DNA of 49,109 nt. It comes from Candidatus Iainarchaeum sp. (GTDB lineage: Archaea > Iainarchaeota > Iainarchaeia > Iainarchaeales > VGJJ01). Shown here piece by piece: positions 7,741 to 16,533 of this stretch. Position numbers and translations under genes: made by a program. The DNA is taken from contig VGJJ01000003.1 in assembly GCA_016867455.1 (NCBI GenBank), forward strand, positions 1 through 49,109, given 5' to 3'. How positions within the stretch are numbered: the first letter of the stretch is position 1; every line of letters starts with the position of its first letter. The notes beneath the pieces were generated by a model. The model did not search any database. It saw nothing but the letters and a program-made list of their open reading frames with translations, and had not been told where the DNA came from.

Positions 7741-10700
7741 TTATGCGTGGAATTTTTTTCCATTCTATTTCAACGATTTTTTTCTTTTTCCACTCGTTAA
7801 AACCAATCCACCCACCTACAAGTATAATGACCCCCATCAGAGGCCACACTTCGTTTGGAAGGGCAGAGAATCCTGTTATCTTATTGCTATTCAAATAGTT
7901 CAATACATTTTGAGAAATGTAAATGCTTTTTCCATATTCTCCATTCTTGAGTGCTTGTTGTGCTTTCTCATTCGCTTCTACCACTTCGTCTTTGCCTGAT
8001 CGTTCGGCTTCAATAGTCAATATGTTTATTCGTTCCGTGGAATCGTTTCTCATTTCTCGCAATGCTTTGATTAATTCTATTGATATTTTCTCTGTTATTG
8101 CTTGTTTTTCTATCCAGTCACTTTCAACAAGTGTCCATTCCTCTGAAAGTTTTTCCGTGCTTAATTTTTCTTTTTTGCTGACCATTTTTTCAACTATTTT
8201 TTCATACGATGCAATATCTTTTTTGAACTGACTAATTATTTCATTGGTTAGTGGACAAACAAAATTGACTTGAATAAGTTTTTCGCAACCAATTTTTGTG
8301 CTTTTTTCGTATTCCTCAACTAATTTTCTCACTTCTGATAATGCCTTCGTTGCGTTTGTTAGCTTTTCATCATCTTTAATAGTGGTTTTAACTTTTTCTG
8401 GAGTCGTTTGTCGTTGCTGTGTGTTTGCGATAATGCTTCGCAGTTTCTGTTCATCCATTTTTTGTACCGCCTCCTCCCCCGCTAACAATAATTCATCACT
8501 CAATCCTTGTTCCGCGCTCTTTGTTTTGATTTTTTCCCATTCATTTACTAAGTAACTCCATTCTTCGTCTTTTTCGTGCGCCTGCATAATCAATTGGCTC
8601 ACGTCATTCTGTATTTTTATCAGTTGCATCTCTTTTGTTAGTACATTTTTTTCGTTTTGAGTGCGAATAAGATTGTTCATTATTTTTTGGGCAGCCGTCA
8701 CTATTACACTGTGATTATTTTTCAGTAATTGTTCTAATTCGCCGGTTAATCGCAATATATTCGCACTAAACTCTCCGTCGTTTTCTTCTTTTTCAATTCT
8801 TATGAAATAGCTGCGCGTTTGCTTTGCTAGCAAAACTTGCTCGCGCAGTATAATATTGCCACTTGCATCAAGGGTAACGCTCACCGCGTCTCCATTTTCG
8901 TTGATAACGGCTACATTTTCGACAGCGTGGGGGTCTCCATTTACTCCGCTATACGCGGTTGCCACGATTTTTTGTGTTAACTGGTTTTTGACGTGAACAA
9001 GATAATTTTGGATTATTTTTCTATCCAATTTTTCCGTTGATGAAACTGCCGTTTCTATTAAAATGGCAGAAGGAACTTCAATTACTGCGCGTGTAGAGGA
9101 TTGTTTTTCATTTAGGGAGAGAATAATTTTGTTTTTTTCAGGAAAAATAATTTGTGCATCATTTTCGACAAACTGAACGATTCCTCCATCATATTCTTTA
9201 CTCGGTTCCCATTCAGCTTGAATTGGGTAAAAATTAGTTTCTATTATGGCTGTTTTTTCTAACCGTGCACTGTGCCCAAATACTTCTGCATATGTATTTT
9301 CTTTCGTTGCGCGTGCCCCCCAAACGCTTCCTTCGCCTCGTAATTGAACTCCCCCTGCCGGGATGCTTTCTCCCTCAATAATAATGTTTTCTCCGTCGAT
9401 GATTGTGCGATTGTTGCCAATGGTTATCACGTTAGTTAATCCCGGGTTTGGAATGCTGACGACAAATACAAAATCGATTTTTTCGCGCGTGTGCGCAAAA
9501 AGTATTCCTTCAACGCTTGCATTAATTTTTTTTCCAATGATTACCTCTTCCGTGTTTGTCAGTTTCCATGCTGCGTGTTCTGAAAGTTTCTGCAAGTATC
9601 TCGTTGCTTCTTTTTTGACTTCATTTTCTACTATATTCCATTCATTTTTTTTCTTACTCCATTCTTCTCTCGTCAATGGATTTGACAATTCAGTCACTTG
9701 CACTATTTTTTGAATATTTTTGTGAATACTTTCTTCTTCATTTGGAAAATCGGTGGCGGCTAACTGCAAAATTTTTCTGATTTCGTTCAGGCGTTTTTTT
9801 TGTTCACTCATTTCTTTGGCGTGCTCACTATTTTCATACGACCATTTTGCATTTGTATTCGCGTTTTCACAGCTTGCCTCGCTTTCAATTCCTGAATAGT
9901 ACTCAAACCACTCTCTCGGAGTTGCCTCTACACCGAGTGCGCGCTCCCATTGATTTAGCTTCTTGACACATTCTTGCATTTGGATTTCTTTCGATCGATT
10001 TTTTTCATCCAGCAGCAGAGTATTTTGTGATAGGACGTTAGCAAATGCTTCCAGACACGGGGTGTTTGCCGTAATTTGTTCTTGTGCGCTTATTTTATTC
10101 ATTATTTCTAAACACACTTCATCCCGGTTTTCGTTTTGCTTCTCCCTATTTTCTATTTTTTGCTCGAGTTGTGTTATTTTTCGTTCAAGATTTCTCCATT
10201 TCTTAATGCGCATTCCAATCGGGGTCGTATTTTCATTCCCGGCAGTAATTAATTCATTTGTTTCACTTTCAATCGCGATTATTTCATTTTCAGAAATAGT
10301 TTCGGTGGGTAAAACAATTTTTCCTGTTGATTTCAACCACGCGTTCATCTCTTTTTCAATTACTTTCCACTCGCTATCGTTTTCGGACACTTTTTCCCAT
10401 TTTTCGCGCAAAACAGCTGCCTGCGCGGTCATTGTGATTTGTCTTTTTTTTTCATCCTCTTTTAGTGTGCGCAGTTCATCTTCTAATCGGCGAATACTTG
10501 ACCAGATACTAGAAATAATTCCATTTTCGGGGCCCACTACCTGTTCGATGTGTGTTAACGTTTCATTCGCTCGTATCTTTCCTATTAATTGTAGTGCTTT
10601 AGACGATTCCTTTTTTCCATTAATAGAAACGAGTGCCCCTTGCCACAGCGGAGAAAGTGCGATAATCCCTCTAGCGTCATTCTTAGCTTGGATTTGTACG

Positions 10701-11362
10701 CCTGTTTTGTAAACGTCAAAGAGCGTGTTCCATGTAATTTGATACGGATTTTTTTTCGCTCCTAAAATAGTTGTGACAATATTTTCAAAATAGTTGATTG
10801 TATTTTCTTGTTGGGCCCCCCATTCGCTTACGGAATTGCCCGTTGTAATTTCTTGGTATTTTTTGGCTAAATCAGCATATGATTCGTACGCTTTCGTATC
10901 TTTAATCTCAACTAATTGTTGTTTTTCAGCTTCCCGGATGGCTTTCTCTAGTGCTTGGTAGGTTTGGCGCTGTGCTTCCTCGCTGGCCTTTAATGCCCAT
11001 TGAATTTCAGACGCAGCCTGCATTGCTCTTGGTAATATTGATTCCACTTTCATCGTGCTGCATGACTCATGTACTTGATCAATGGCTTTGCTTGCCTTCG
11101 TGATGGCTTTCCACGCTGTGTTTATTTTTTTTCGCGCAACTATATCTTCTGCTCCAACACTTAAATGGGTAAATATTTTTCGCGGAGAGAAATCGTTTAG
11201 TTTCGATTCACATTCTAATTCGGTTTCACACGCAGGTATGAATGATTGTTGTGTGCTGGTTGAGAGTAAACACTCATTGGTTTCTATTGGTGTTAGTTTT
11301 CCTTCAATACAACCCGTAACTCCTATGAGTAAAATGAATATGATTTGCGCAATGCCTTTCAT
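7574..11362 (-). CDS. Large coiled-coil surface protein (lipobox plus C-terminal TM)
   Basis: 1262 aa; N-terminal VTGC lipobox, helical/coiled-coil regions, central beta-rich region, TM WPLMGVIILVGGWIGF followed by a basic tail. Confidence 0.85.
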   Translation of the reverse strand: MKGIAQIIFILLIGVTGCIEGKLTPIETNECLLSTSTQQSFIPACETELECESKLNDFSPRKIFTHLSVGAEDIVARKKINTAWKAITKASKAIDQVHESCSTMKVESILPRAMQAASEIQWALKASEEAQRQTYQALEKAIREAEKQQLVEIKDTKAYESYADLAKKYQEITTGNSVSEWGAQQENTINYFENIVTTILGAKKNPYQITWNTLFDVYKTGVQIQAKNDARGIIALSPLWQGALVSINGKKESSKALQLIGKIRANETLTHIEQVVGPENGIISSIWSSIRRLEDELRTLKEDEKKRQITMTAQAAVLREKWEKVSENDSEWKVIEKEMNAWLKSTGKIVLPTETISENEIIAIESETNELITAGNENTTPIGMRIKKWRNLERKITQLEQKIENREKQNENRDEVCLEIMNKISAQEQITANTPCLEAFANVLSQNTLLLDEKNRSKEIQMQECVKKLNQWERALGVEATPREWFEYYSGIESEASCENANTNAKWSYENSEHAKEMSEQKKRLNEIRKILQLAATDFPNEEESIHKNIQKIVQVTELSNPLTREEWSKKKNEWNIVENEVKKEATRYLQKLSEHAAWKLTNTEEVIIGKKINASVEGILFAHTREKIDFVFVVSIPNPGLTNVITIGNNRTIIDGENIIIEGESIPAGGVQLRGEGSVWGARATKENTYAEVFGHSARLEKTAIIETNFYPIQAEWEPSKEYDGGIVQFVENDAQIIFPEKNKIILSLNEKQSSTRAVIEVPSAILIETAVSSTEKLDRKIIQNYLVHVKNQLTQKIVATAYSGVNGDPHAVENVAVINENGDAVSVTLDASGNIILREQVLLAKQTRSYFIRIEKEENDGEFSANILRLTGELEQLLKNNHSVIVTAAQKIMNNLIRTQNEKNVLTKEMQLIKIQNDVSQLIMQAHEKDEEWSYLVNEWEKIKTKSAEQGLSDELLLAGEEAVQKMDEQKLRSIIANTQQRQTTPEKVKTTIKDDEKLTNATKALSEVRKLVEEYEKSTKIGCEKLIQVNFVCPLTNEIISQFKKDIASYEKIVEKMVSKKEKLSTEKLSEEWTLVESDWIEKQAITEKISIELIKALREMRNDSTERINILTIEAERSGKDEVVEANEKAQQALKNGEYGKSIYISQNVLNYLNSNKITGFSALPNEVWPLMGVIILVGGWIGFNEWKKKKIVEIEWKKIPRIINPAELNNQPSVSAPPTTQEVLPKSAQTKAWTKNPMRRETFEKTEEQVLPKGRNK

Positions 11363-11438
11363 GACTCTCTTGGTTGCGCGGTCGGATTATAAAACTAGGG
11401 AAAATTTTTGAATTTTATTTAGCCGATTCACTTTTTTT

Positions 11439-11696
11439 TCAAGTGCACTCGTCTATTGCTGCCTTTCCGTGATTTTCTTGAATTCCGCTTACCAGGCAGT
11501 CTACCTGTTCTTTGAGTAGTTTGTTCTGCTGCTGGATGGTTTCCGTGTTAGAAACCAAAAGTGCTTTTTCAGGGGCTATCCAGGGAGATAATGCGTCCGC
11601 GGCATACGCTCCGATGATTATTCCTATTACGATAAGTCCAATTCCCACCATCATTTTGCCTGAAATGCCTTTCCTTTCGTGATTTTCATTACTCAT
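11439..11696 (-). CDS. Small bitopic TM plus coiled-coil protein
   Basis: TM (MMVGIGLIVIGIIIGAYA) followed by heptads (IQQQNKLLKEQVDCL). Confidence 0.7.
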   Translation of the reverse strand: MSNENHERKGISGKMMVGIGLIVIGIIIGAYAADALSPWIAPEKALLVSNTETIQQQNKLLKEQVDCLVSGIQENHGKAAIDECT

Positions 11697-11756
11697 ACGT
11701 GTTCACTCACTCCAAATGGATGGGCGATTAATAATCCCTTTGGTTTTGCCTCTTGT

Positions 11757-12146
11757 ATGCGTGAACGCTGGTTCGCTTTTCTGCTGACGCACCCCATGGG
11801 CGCCACGCTTTACTTAAGAGATCATTTTCCGCGCGTTCGTTTTCATATTGAAAAACGTCTCATTCGCGGTAACACGATGCATCGTTGGATTCGCTTCGAT
11901 TTGGACGGGAAAACTATCCTCCGCGCTCGCTCTGCCGTTAATTTACAACTTTCTAATCCTCGCGTGGCAGAACTCCTGCGCACAACCGATGAGCCCATCG
12001 GTGCGATTGTAAAAAAATTCCGTGTTAAACGCACGCGGCTCAAATCCACGACACGCAGCCGATCATTTCACTTCATAGGCGATTTGCACGCGCGCGTGCA
12101 TGAACGATTTTATCACCTGCCTAAATCGGCTATTGAAAATGAGTAA
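11757..12146 (+). CDS. Basic protein, possible chorismate-lyase (UbiC/DUF98)-like fold, paralog 1
   Basis: ARS..L, LLRTTDEPIG and ERF motifs; close paralog immediately downstream; start moved to ATG 11757. Confidence 0.55.
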   Translation: MRERWFAFLLTHPMGATLYLRDHFPRVRFHIEKRLIRGNTMHRWIRFDLDGKTILRARSAVNLQLSNPRVAELLRTTDEPIGAIVKKFRVKRTRLKSTTRSRSFHFIGDLHARVHERFYHLPKSAIENE

Positions 12147-12218
12147 TTTTGATTAATATTTTCATTTTTATTTCAATTTCTCCATTTCCTTTATTACTTC
12201 TTTCCTCACTCTATCATC

Positions 12219-12614
12219 ATGCGCCCTCCTGAAAAAAGATGGTATGCTCCCTTATTGAAAAACCCGCAGGGAACGTCTGTTTTCATTCACTCGCTTCTTC
12301 CGACGGCAAAATATGTTTTTGAAAAAATAGAAAAGCGTCCTGGAAAAATTATTCGATATATCCGTTTTGATGTGGATGGCCACACTATCCTGCGTGGACG
12401 TTCTGAAATTGATTTGACGAAAACAAATCCAAAACTCGGCGAATTGTTATCAACCACTCACCAGCCTCTTGCTCCATTGCTTGAAAAGTACCGTGTTCAC
12501 CGCACGCGCGTTCGTTCAACCACGAGAACGAGAGAGTTTCATTTTGTAGGAGAACTGCACGCTAAATTATTTGAACGATTTTATTCTCTTCCGCCTAAAC
12601 AGAAGAAGCGATAG
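12219..12614 (+). CDS. Basic protein, possible chorismate-lyase (UbiC/DUF98)-like fold, paralog 2
   Basis: Shares IRFD.DG.TILR.RS, RV.RTR..STTR.R.FHF.G.LHA and ERFY.LP with the upstream ORF. Confidence 0.55.
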   Translation: MRPPEKRWYAPLLKNPQGTSVFIHSLLPTAKYVFEKIEKRPGKIIRYIRFDVDGHTILRGRSEIDLTKTNPKLGELLSTTHQPLAPLLEKYRVHRTRVRSTTRTREFHFVGELHAKLFERFYSLPPKQKKR

Positions 12615-12649
12615 CCTTTTTGTATATTTTACTTTTTAAGTTTTTTTTT

Positions 12650-13786
12650 TTATTGTATTACGCCAAAGTCGTGCTCGCTTTCTTTGACGTTTTGCATTCC
12701 TACTGAGTATTTTTCCGCATCGAGATTCTCGGGAGGGTGTGTCACGTTCATTAATTCGAAAAATTTCTCAAAATCAATCCATGTTTTTCCATGAAATTTT
12801 TTCTTCGCGAGCAGTATTACATCGCTTGGCTTGTGCTCGCTGGCTAATTCATATTCATCTTTCAAAAATTCTAATAATTTTAACCCAAATTCTTTCACGT
12901 AATCAAAATCCGGCATCCGTTCACGTGAGAGTCTTTTCTGACTTTCCCCCACGTGCATGTATCCTTTCACTTCTACAAAATCAAAATCTCCTTTTCGTAT
13001 AAGTTTGGCATAATTATCCGGTTCCACATCATTGATTCCTTTAACTACTGTCAATCGCGCCGTTTTACGATATTTTTTTTGCGAAACATTCTCAATGCTT
13101 TGAATATATCTCTCCCAATAGTCCGAAAATAATGGAATGTCTAATTCTTTGAGAATTTTTTGATTGGGTGCATCCAGACTCAAGTATAGTTGTGTAATCG
13201 TCTTCAGTTTTTGGATGGCTTCCGGGTATTGTGCATTCGTCACGATGAACGTGGAAATACGTTGCCGGTGAAATTGTTCGCATAACTCATTAATTTTTGG
13301 ATACGCAATGGGTTCTCCTGTCAAACTCAATGCCACGTGCCCCACGTGCTTGCTTTGTTCAAATGCTTGCTTGGAAACTTTTTCATTACCGCCAAATCCG
13401 GCTAATAACGTATGATGCGCCTGCAAACTTTCGCGCACGATTAATTCAGGGTCGTCCATTTTCCATTCCCATTCTTGCGAAACGGGAGCTTTGCTTCCCC
13501 TCCAACAAAATGAGCAGCGATTTGCGCAACTTAGATTAGGGGACATTTGCATGCATTGGTGGGAGCGAATCCCGTAGAACTTGAACTTGTAACATCCCCC
13601 TTCTCCTCGGAGCATGTTTTTGGTCCACCCGCACACTTTGACGGCGGAGTGGCTTCCCACAAAACGATACTGTTGGTGTTCCAATTCCTTTCGATACGTC
13701 TCCGTGACCTGTGTTTTTTTCCCGGAAATGGGCAATTCTCCCTCTAAAAGGGGTTTTTGGCTCAGAGAATGGGTCATTTTCACCAT
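12650..13786 (-). CDS. taw1: 4-demethylwyosine synthase TYW1/Taw1 (radical SAM)
   Basis: HSAVKVCGW, CYKFKFYGIRSHQC, CANRCSFC, ALSLTGEP and EVKGYM motifs. Confidence 0.95.
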   Translation of the reverse strand: MVKMTHSLSQKPLLEGELPISGKKTQVTETYRKELEHQQYRFVGSHSAVKVCGWTKNMLRGEGGCYKFKFYGIRSHQCMQMSPNLSCANRCSFCWRGSKAPVSQEWEWKMDDPELIVRESLQAHHTLLAGFGGNEKVSKQAFEQSKHVGHVALSLTGEPIAYPKINELCEQFHRQRISTFIVTNAQYPEAIQKLKTITQLYLSLDAPNQKILKELDIPLFSDYWERYIQSIENVSQKKYRKTARLTVVKGINDVEPDNYAKLIRKGDFDFVEVKGYMHVGESQKRLSRERMPDFDYVKEFGLKLLEFLKDEYELASEHKPSDVILLAKKKFHGKTWIDFEKFFELMNVTHPPENLDAEKYSVGMQNVKESEHDFGVIQ

Positions 13787-13855
13787 AATAGTGCCTCCAC
13801 AGGGTTAAAAACGAGTTTCCGGAACCTTGAAAAAGTCCAAAAAAACAAGGTGGGT

Positions 13856-14005
13856 ATGGACGAAACCCACTCCACCCCGCGACGCCGGATACGCGCTGCT
13901 TCCCCCGCTTCCTTCCGGAGACAAATGGAACGTGAAGCCCTGCGCGATATGCGTCCCGATTCCACTCCCTCCTGGCAGAAAAAGCGACGCGGACACCATC
14001 ATTAG
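13856..14005 (+). CDS. Small basic protein (49 aa)
   Basis: AAGGTGGGT directly before ATG, T-tract after the stop, divergent from taw1; could be non-coding. Confidence 0.4.
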   Translation: MDETHSTPRRRIRAASPASFRRQMEREALRDMRPDSTPSWQKKRRGHHH

Positions 14006-14136
14006 CCCTTTTTTTTTCTAGCGCGTACATAATTTAGAGTGCTCGACCTGGTTTTTCTATCCTTTTGGTTGGTTGTTTGGAAAACGTTTTTATATCCGCT
14101 TTGCGTTCTTCCCGCACATAGGGGGTTTGTTTAACT

Positions 14137-14406
14137 ATGTACAAGTACGCTATTGCCCGCCAGTTGGCGACCAAACGAGTGATTACGAACCGTGGAGATG
14201 AAGTGGGACGATTGTCTGACTTGCTCGTGGACGAGAATTCGGGGAACATTGAAGCATTAATTGTTGAAGTGGATGCCGAATCCAAGGTCATTAAACGCAT
14301 GAATATGCAAGACCGCGTGATTCAGATTCCTTACGCAGCCGTTACCGCTGTTTCGGATGTTTTCATTGTGGACGAGCGCGAAATCACCTCGTTCGAAGAA
14401 AAGTAA
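14137..14406 (+). CDS. PRC-barrel protein (CdpB-like)
   Basis: LATKRVITNRGDEVGRLSDLLVDENSGNI...IPYAAVTAVSDVFIV PRC-barrel pattern; SD AGGGGG. Confidence 0.88.
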   Translation: MYKYAIARQLATKRVITNRGDEVGRLSDLLVDENSGNIEALIVEVDAESKVIKRMNMQDRVIQIPYAAVTAVSDVFIVDEREITSFEEK

Positions 14407-14408
14407 CC

Positions 14409-14430
14409 GGGTTTGTTTCATCACAAACCC
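14409..14430. terminator. Hairpin between convergent genes
   Basis: GGGTTTGT-TTCATC-ACAAACCC. Confidence 0.5.
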
Positions 14431-14432
14431 CC

Positions 14433-15368
14433 CTATTTTTCATTCATTTCCCATTCAACAAGACCTTTTTCAATGTCAATATTTTTAACGCGGGAAATCT
14501 TTTTTTGCAATTCTTCTAATATCTTTTTTTCAGGAACTTTTTGACTTATCGCACGAATGATGGCATCATTCACGCGTTGAATTTCCGTGTAATGTTCATA
14601 CACCCATTCACCCTTGCGCTGACTTTCAAATAGTTCATCTTCCCATTTTTTCATTTGTTCTTTTTGTCGCATGAAATTAATTTCGAGCGCACGTTTTTGT
14701 GCATCTGTCTTCGTGTCTATTTCTGGTTGGTTCCATTTTTCCAATACTTGGTTTTCTAATTTGGAAAAAAGTTCTTCCGCGCTCAACAAATTAATTTTTT
14801 TTTTGTTGGTTGGAAAAATACTTGTTTTCTTTTTGTCCTCGCGCAACTCAAACAAGGTGTTTTTTTTCCACTCTGTTGCGTTGTCGCTGACTTTTGTTAC
14901 GAGTGTGTTCTGTGGCGGCACATACTTTTGTTTCATTTTGAGAGTGCGTCCTTTCCATTCTTTGGCAATGTGAACGAACACAATCTTGTCCTCGTTGTCC
15001 GTCACGATAATATTTCCTCCGCCAAATAATTCGATGATAATGTTTGCTTTTTCCCCTCGCAACTCGAGAATTCGGTCTCCCTGCAATTGTTTCACTTCAA
15101 CAATTCGTTCATTATCCACTATTTTTTTGGTCGCATTTACGATGGGTTGCTGATCGTCTTCATTTTCCCATTTGTGAGTGCTCTCTATCATCGTGTGGGG
15201 GAGTGCGATGAGTGCATGGACGTTTTTTTCTTTCGTTCGAATTTTGAGAATGAAAATGTTTTCGTTCACGCTGCGTAATTGTTGGATGTATGCTCCTTTC
15301 CATTCGTCATTCCATTTTTGTGCCAGCGTATATACTGCAGCAGCGGATAATTCCAACGTCATATGCAT
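14433..15368 (-). CDS. NFACT-N domain protein (truncated Rqc2/aRqcH homolog)
   Basis: GAYIQQL, VKQLQGDRIL, IIELFGGGNII motifs plus coiled coil; only ~310 aa; start moved to ATG 15368/15362. Confidence 0.75.
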   Translation of the reverse strand: MHMTLELSAAAVYTLAQKWNDEWKGAYIQQLRSVNENIFILKIRTKEKNVHALIALPHTMIESTHKWENEDDQQPIVNATKKIVDNERIVEVKQLQGDRILELRGEKANIIIELFGGGNIIVTDNEDKIVFVHIAKEWKGRTLKMKQKYVPPQNTLVTKVSDNATEWKKNTLFELREDKKKTSIFPTNKKKINLLSAEELFSKLENQVLEKWNQPEIDTKTDAQKRALEINFMRQKEQMKKWEDELFESQRKGEWVYEHYTEIQRVNDAIIRAISQKVPEKKILEELQKKISRVKNIDIEKGLVEWEMNEK

Positions 15369-15462
15369 TCTTTTCCATTTATCCTTTTTAGATGCGTGTG
15401 TTTTCATGCATTTTTTTGAGGGTGTTTTTTTTTGGTTGACGCAGACGTTTATTTTTTTCTGC

Positions 15463-16044
15463 CTATATGAATTGTTCATACGTTGACGCGTTGAACCGGT
15501 AGAGTGCGCGTTTCAATTTTTTTCCTTCAAAACGATATTTTTTGAAAACAAATGATTTGTCTCCGTAATATTTGAAGAAACCGTGGTTTACACTTGGATC
15601 GAGCAAGAGTGTTTTTCCATTAATCTCCGTAATCACTACTGCGTGCGTGCGCAAGTCTTCCATTTCCATTACGTAGACGAGTGCTTTATCATCGCCTAAC
15701 GCGCATAGCGCGGTGCATGTGAGCACGGCCAAATCCTCATCATCGGATACTTTATTCGCTAAAATGTCGGTGGGGGAGAGCCAGAAGTTGATGTTGAGTT
15801 CGTTGGGCGTGTAGTGTATTTCCTGCGTGATAAACTCAAACACTTGTTGGGCGGTATACAAATAGTCTTTTTCTTTGTGGTATGCGTCGGGCTTGAATTT
15901 GGCTACGAGGCTTTGCACGCTCAGGTCATCCACATTAATGAGCGTCTTGATTTCCCCCACGGTGCGTTGTTCCTTTTGGTTGATGATGTCGGCATACTTG
16001 TCGAGGAGCATCTTGTAGAACACGAGTTTGTTGTCCGAACGCAT
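15463..16044 (-). CDS. Transglutaminase-like domain protein, catalytic Cys absent
   Basis: FW.SP.DIL...SDDEDLAVL...ALG, HAVV and LLDPS; canonical GDCED is replaced by SDDED. Confidence 0.75.
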   Translation of the reverse strand: MRSDNKLVFYKMLLDKYADIINQKEQRTVGEIKTLINVDDLSVQSLVAKFKPDAYHKEKDYLYTAQQVFEFITQEIHYTPNELNINFWLSPTDILANKVSDDEDLAVLTCTALCALGDDKALVYVMEMEDLRTHAVVITEINGKTLLLDPSVNHGFFKYYGDKSFVFKKYRFEGKKLKRALYRFNASTYEQFI

Positions 16045-16128
16045 ATCAACCTATACATAAGTTGTTGGGACTTTTAACCCCTCCTTCGTGTTGCGGGGGT
16101 TTTTATTGCCGATTTAAATGGTTTTACC

Positions 16129-16533
16129 ATGCGGGCACGCGGACAAGTGGGGTTGGAGTATCTTGTTTTCACCGCATTTTTGCTTCTGATGACGACGCTG
16201 CTTTTTGCGTACGCGTACGCGAATTATTCTAACACTATTCAAGTCGTTCAAACACAGGCTGCTATTGATTCACTGGCGTCTTCGATTGATTTTGTTTACG
16301 CTAAAGGTCCCGGGAACGCGGTGATCATTGATATTAAGCTACCCGTGGGGTTGACCGAGTTTAGAGTCGACCAGAATGTGGTTCGCGCCACGCTGACGCA
16401 GTATGGTTCTCACACGGTACTATTCGCATTAACAAAAGCACCCATTAACCCGCAGTACTTGTATTTTCAAGAGGGCTTGTACTCGTTGCGCGTAGCCATG
16501 GAAGATGTGAATGCGAGCGTGACTAATACATGA
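16129..16533 (+). CDS. Minor type IV pilin-like protein
   Basis: Class III signal peptide RG/QVGLEYL plus hydrophobic helix; VYAKGPG motif. Confidence 0.85.
   Translation: MRARGQVGLEYLVFTAFLLLMTTLLFAYAYANYSNTIQVVQTQAAIDSLASSIDFVYAKGPGNAVIIDIKLPVGLTEFRVDQNVVRATLTQYGSHTVLFALTKAPINPQYLYFQEGLYSLRVAMEDVNASVTNT

Noticed and set aside
11439-11696. FtsB/DivIC-like cell-division protein
   Set aside because: Only the TM plus coiled-coil topology matches; no sequence motif or division-gene context supports it.
3012-13909. Integrated element at tRNA-iMet bounded by an 11-bp repeat (CTTCCCCCGCT at 3012-3022 and 13899-13909) and using the tyrosine recombinase
   Set aside because: The match is only 11 bp, the interval contains housekeeping genes (taw1, PRC-barrel), the recombinase looks like chromosomal XerA, and no viral or plasmid genes are seen.
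13895-13925. SRP RNA (minus strand contains TCCGGAAGGAAGC)
   Set aside because: The preceding CAGG of helix 8 and the surrounding ~300-nt archaeal SRP structure are not evident.
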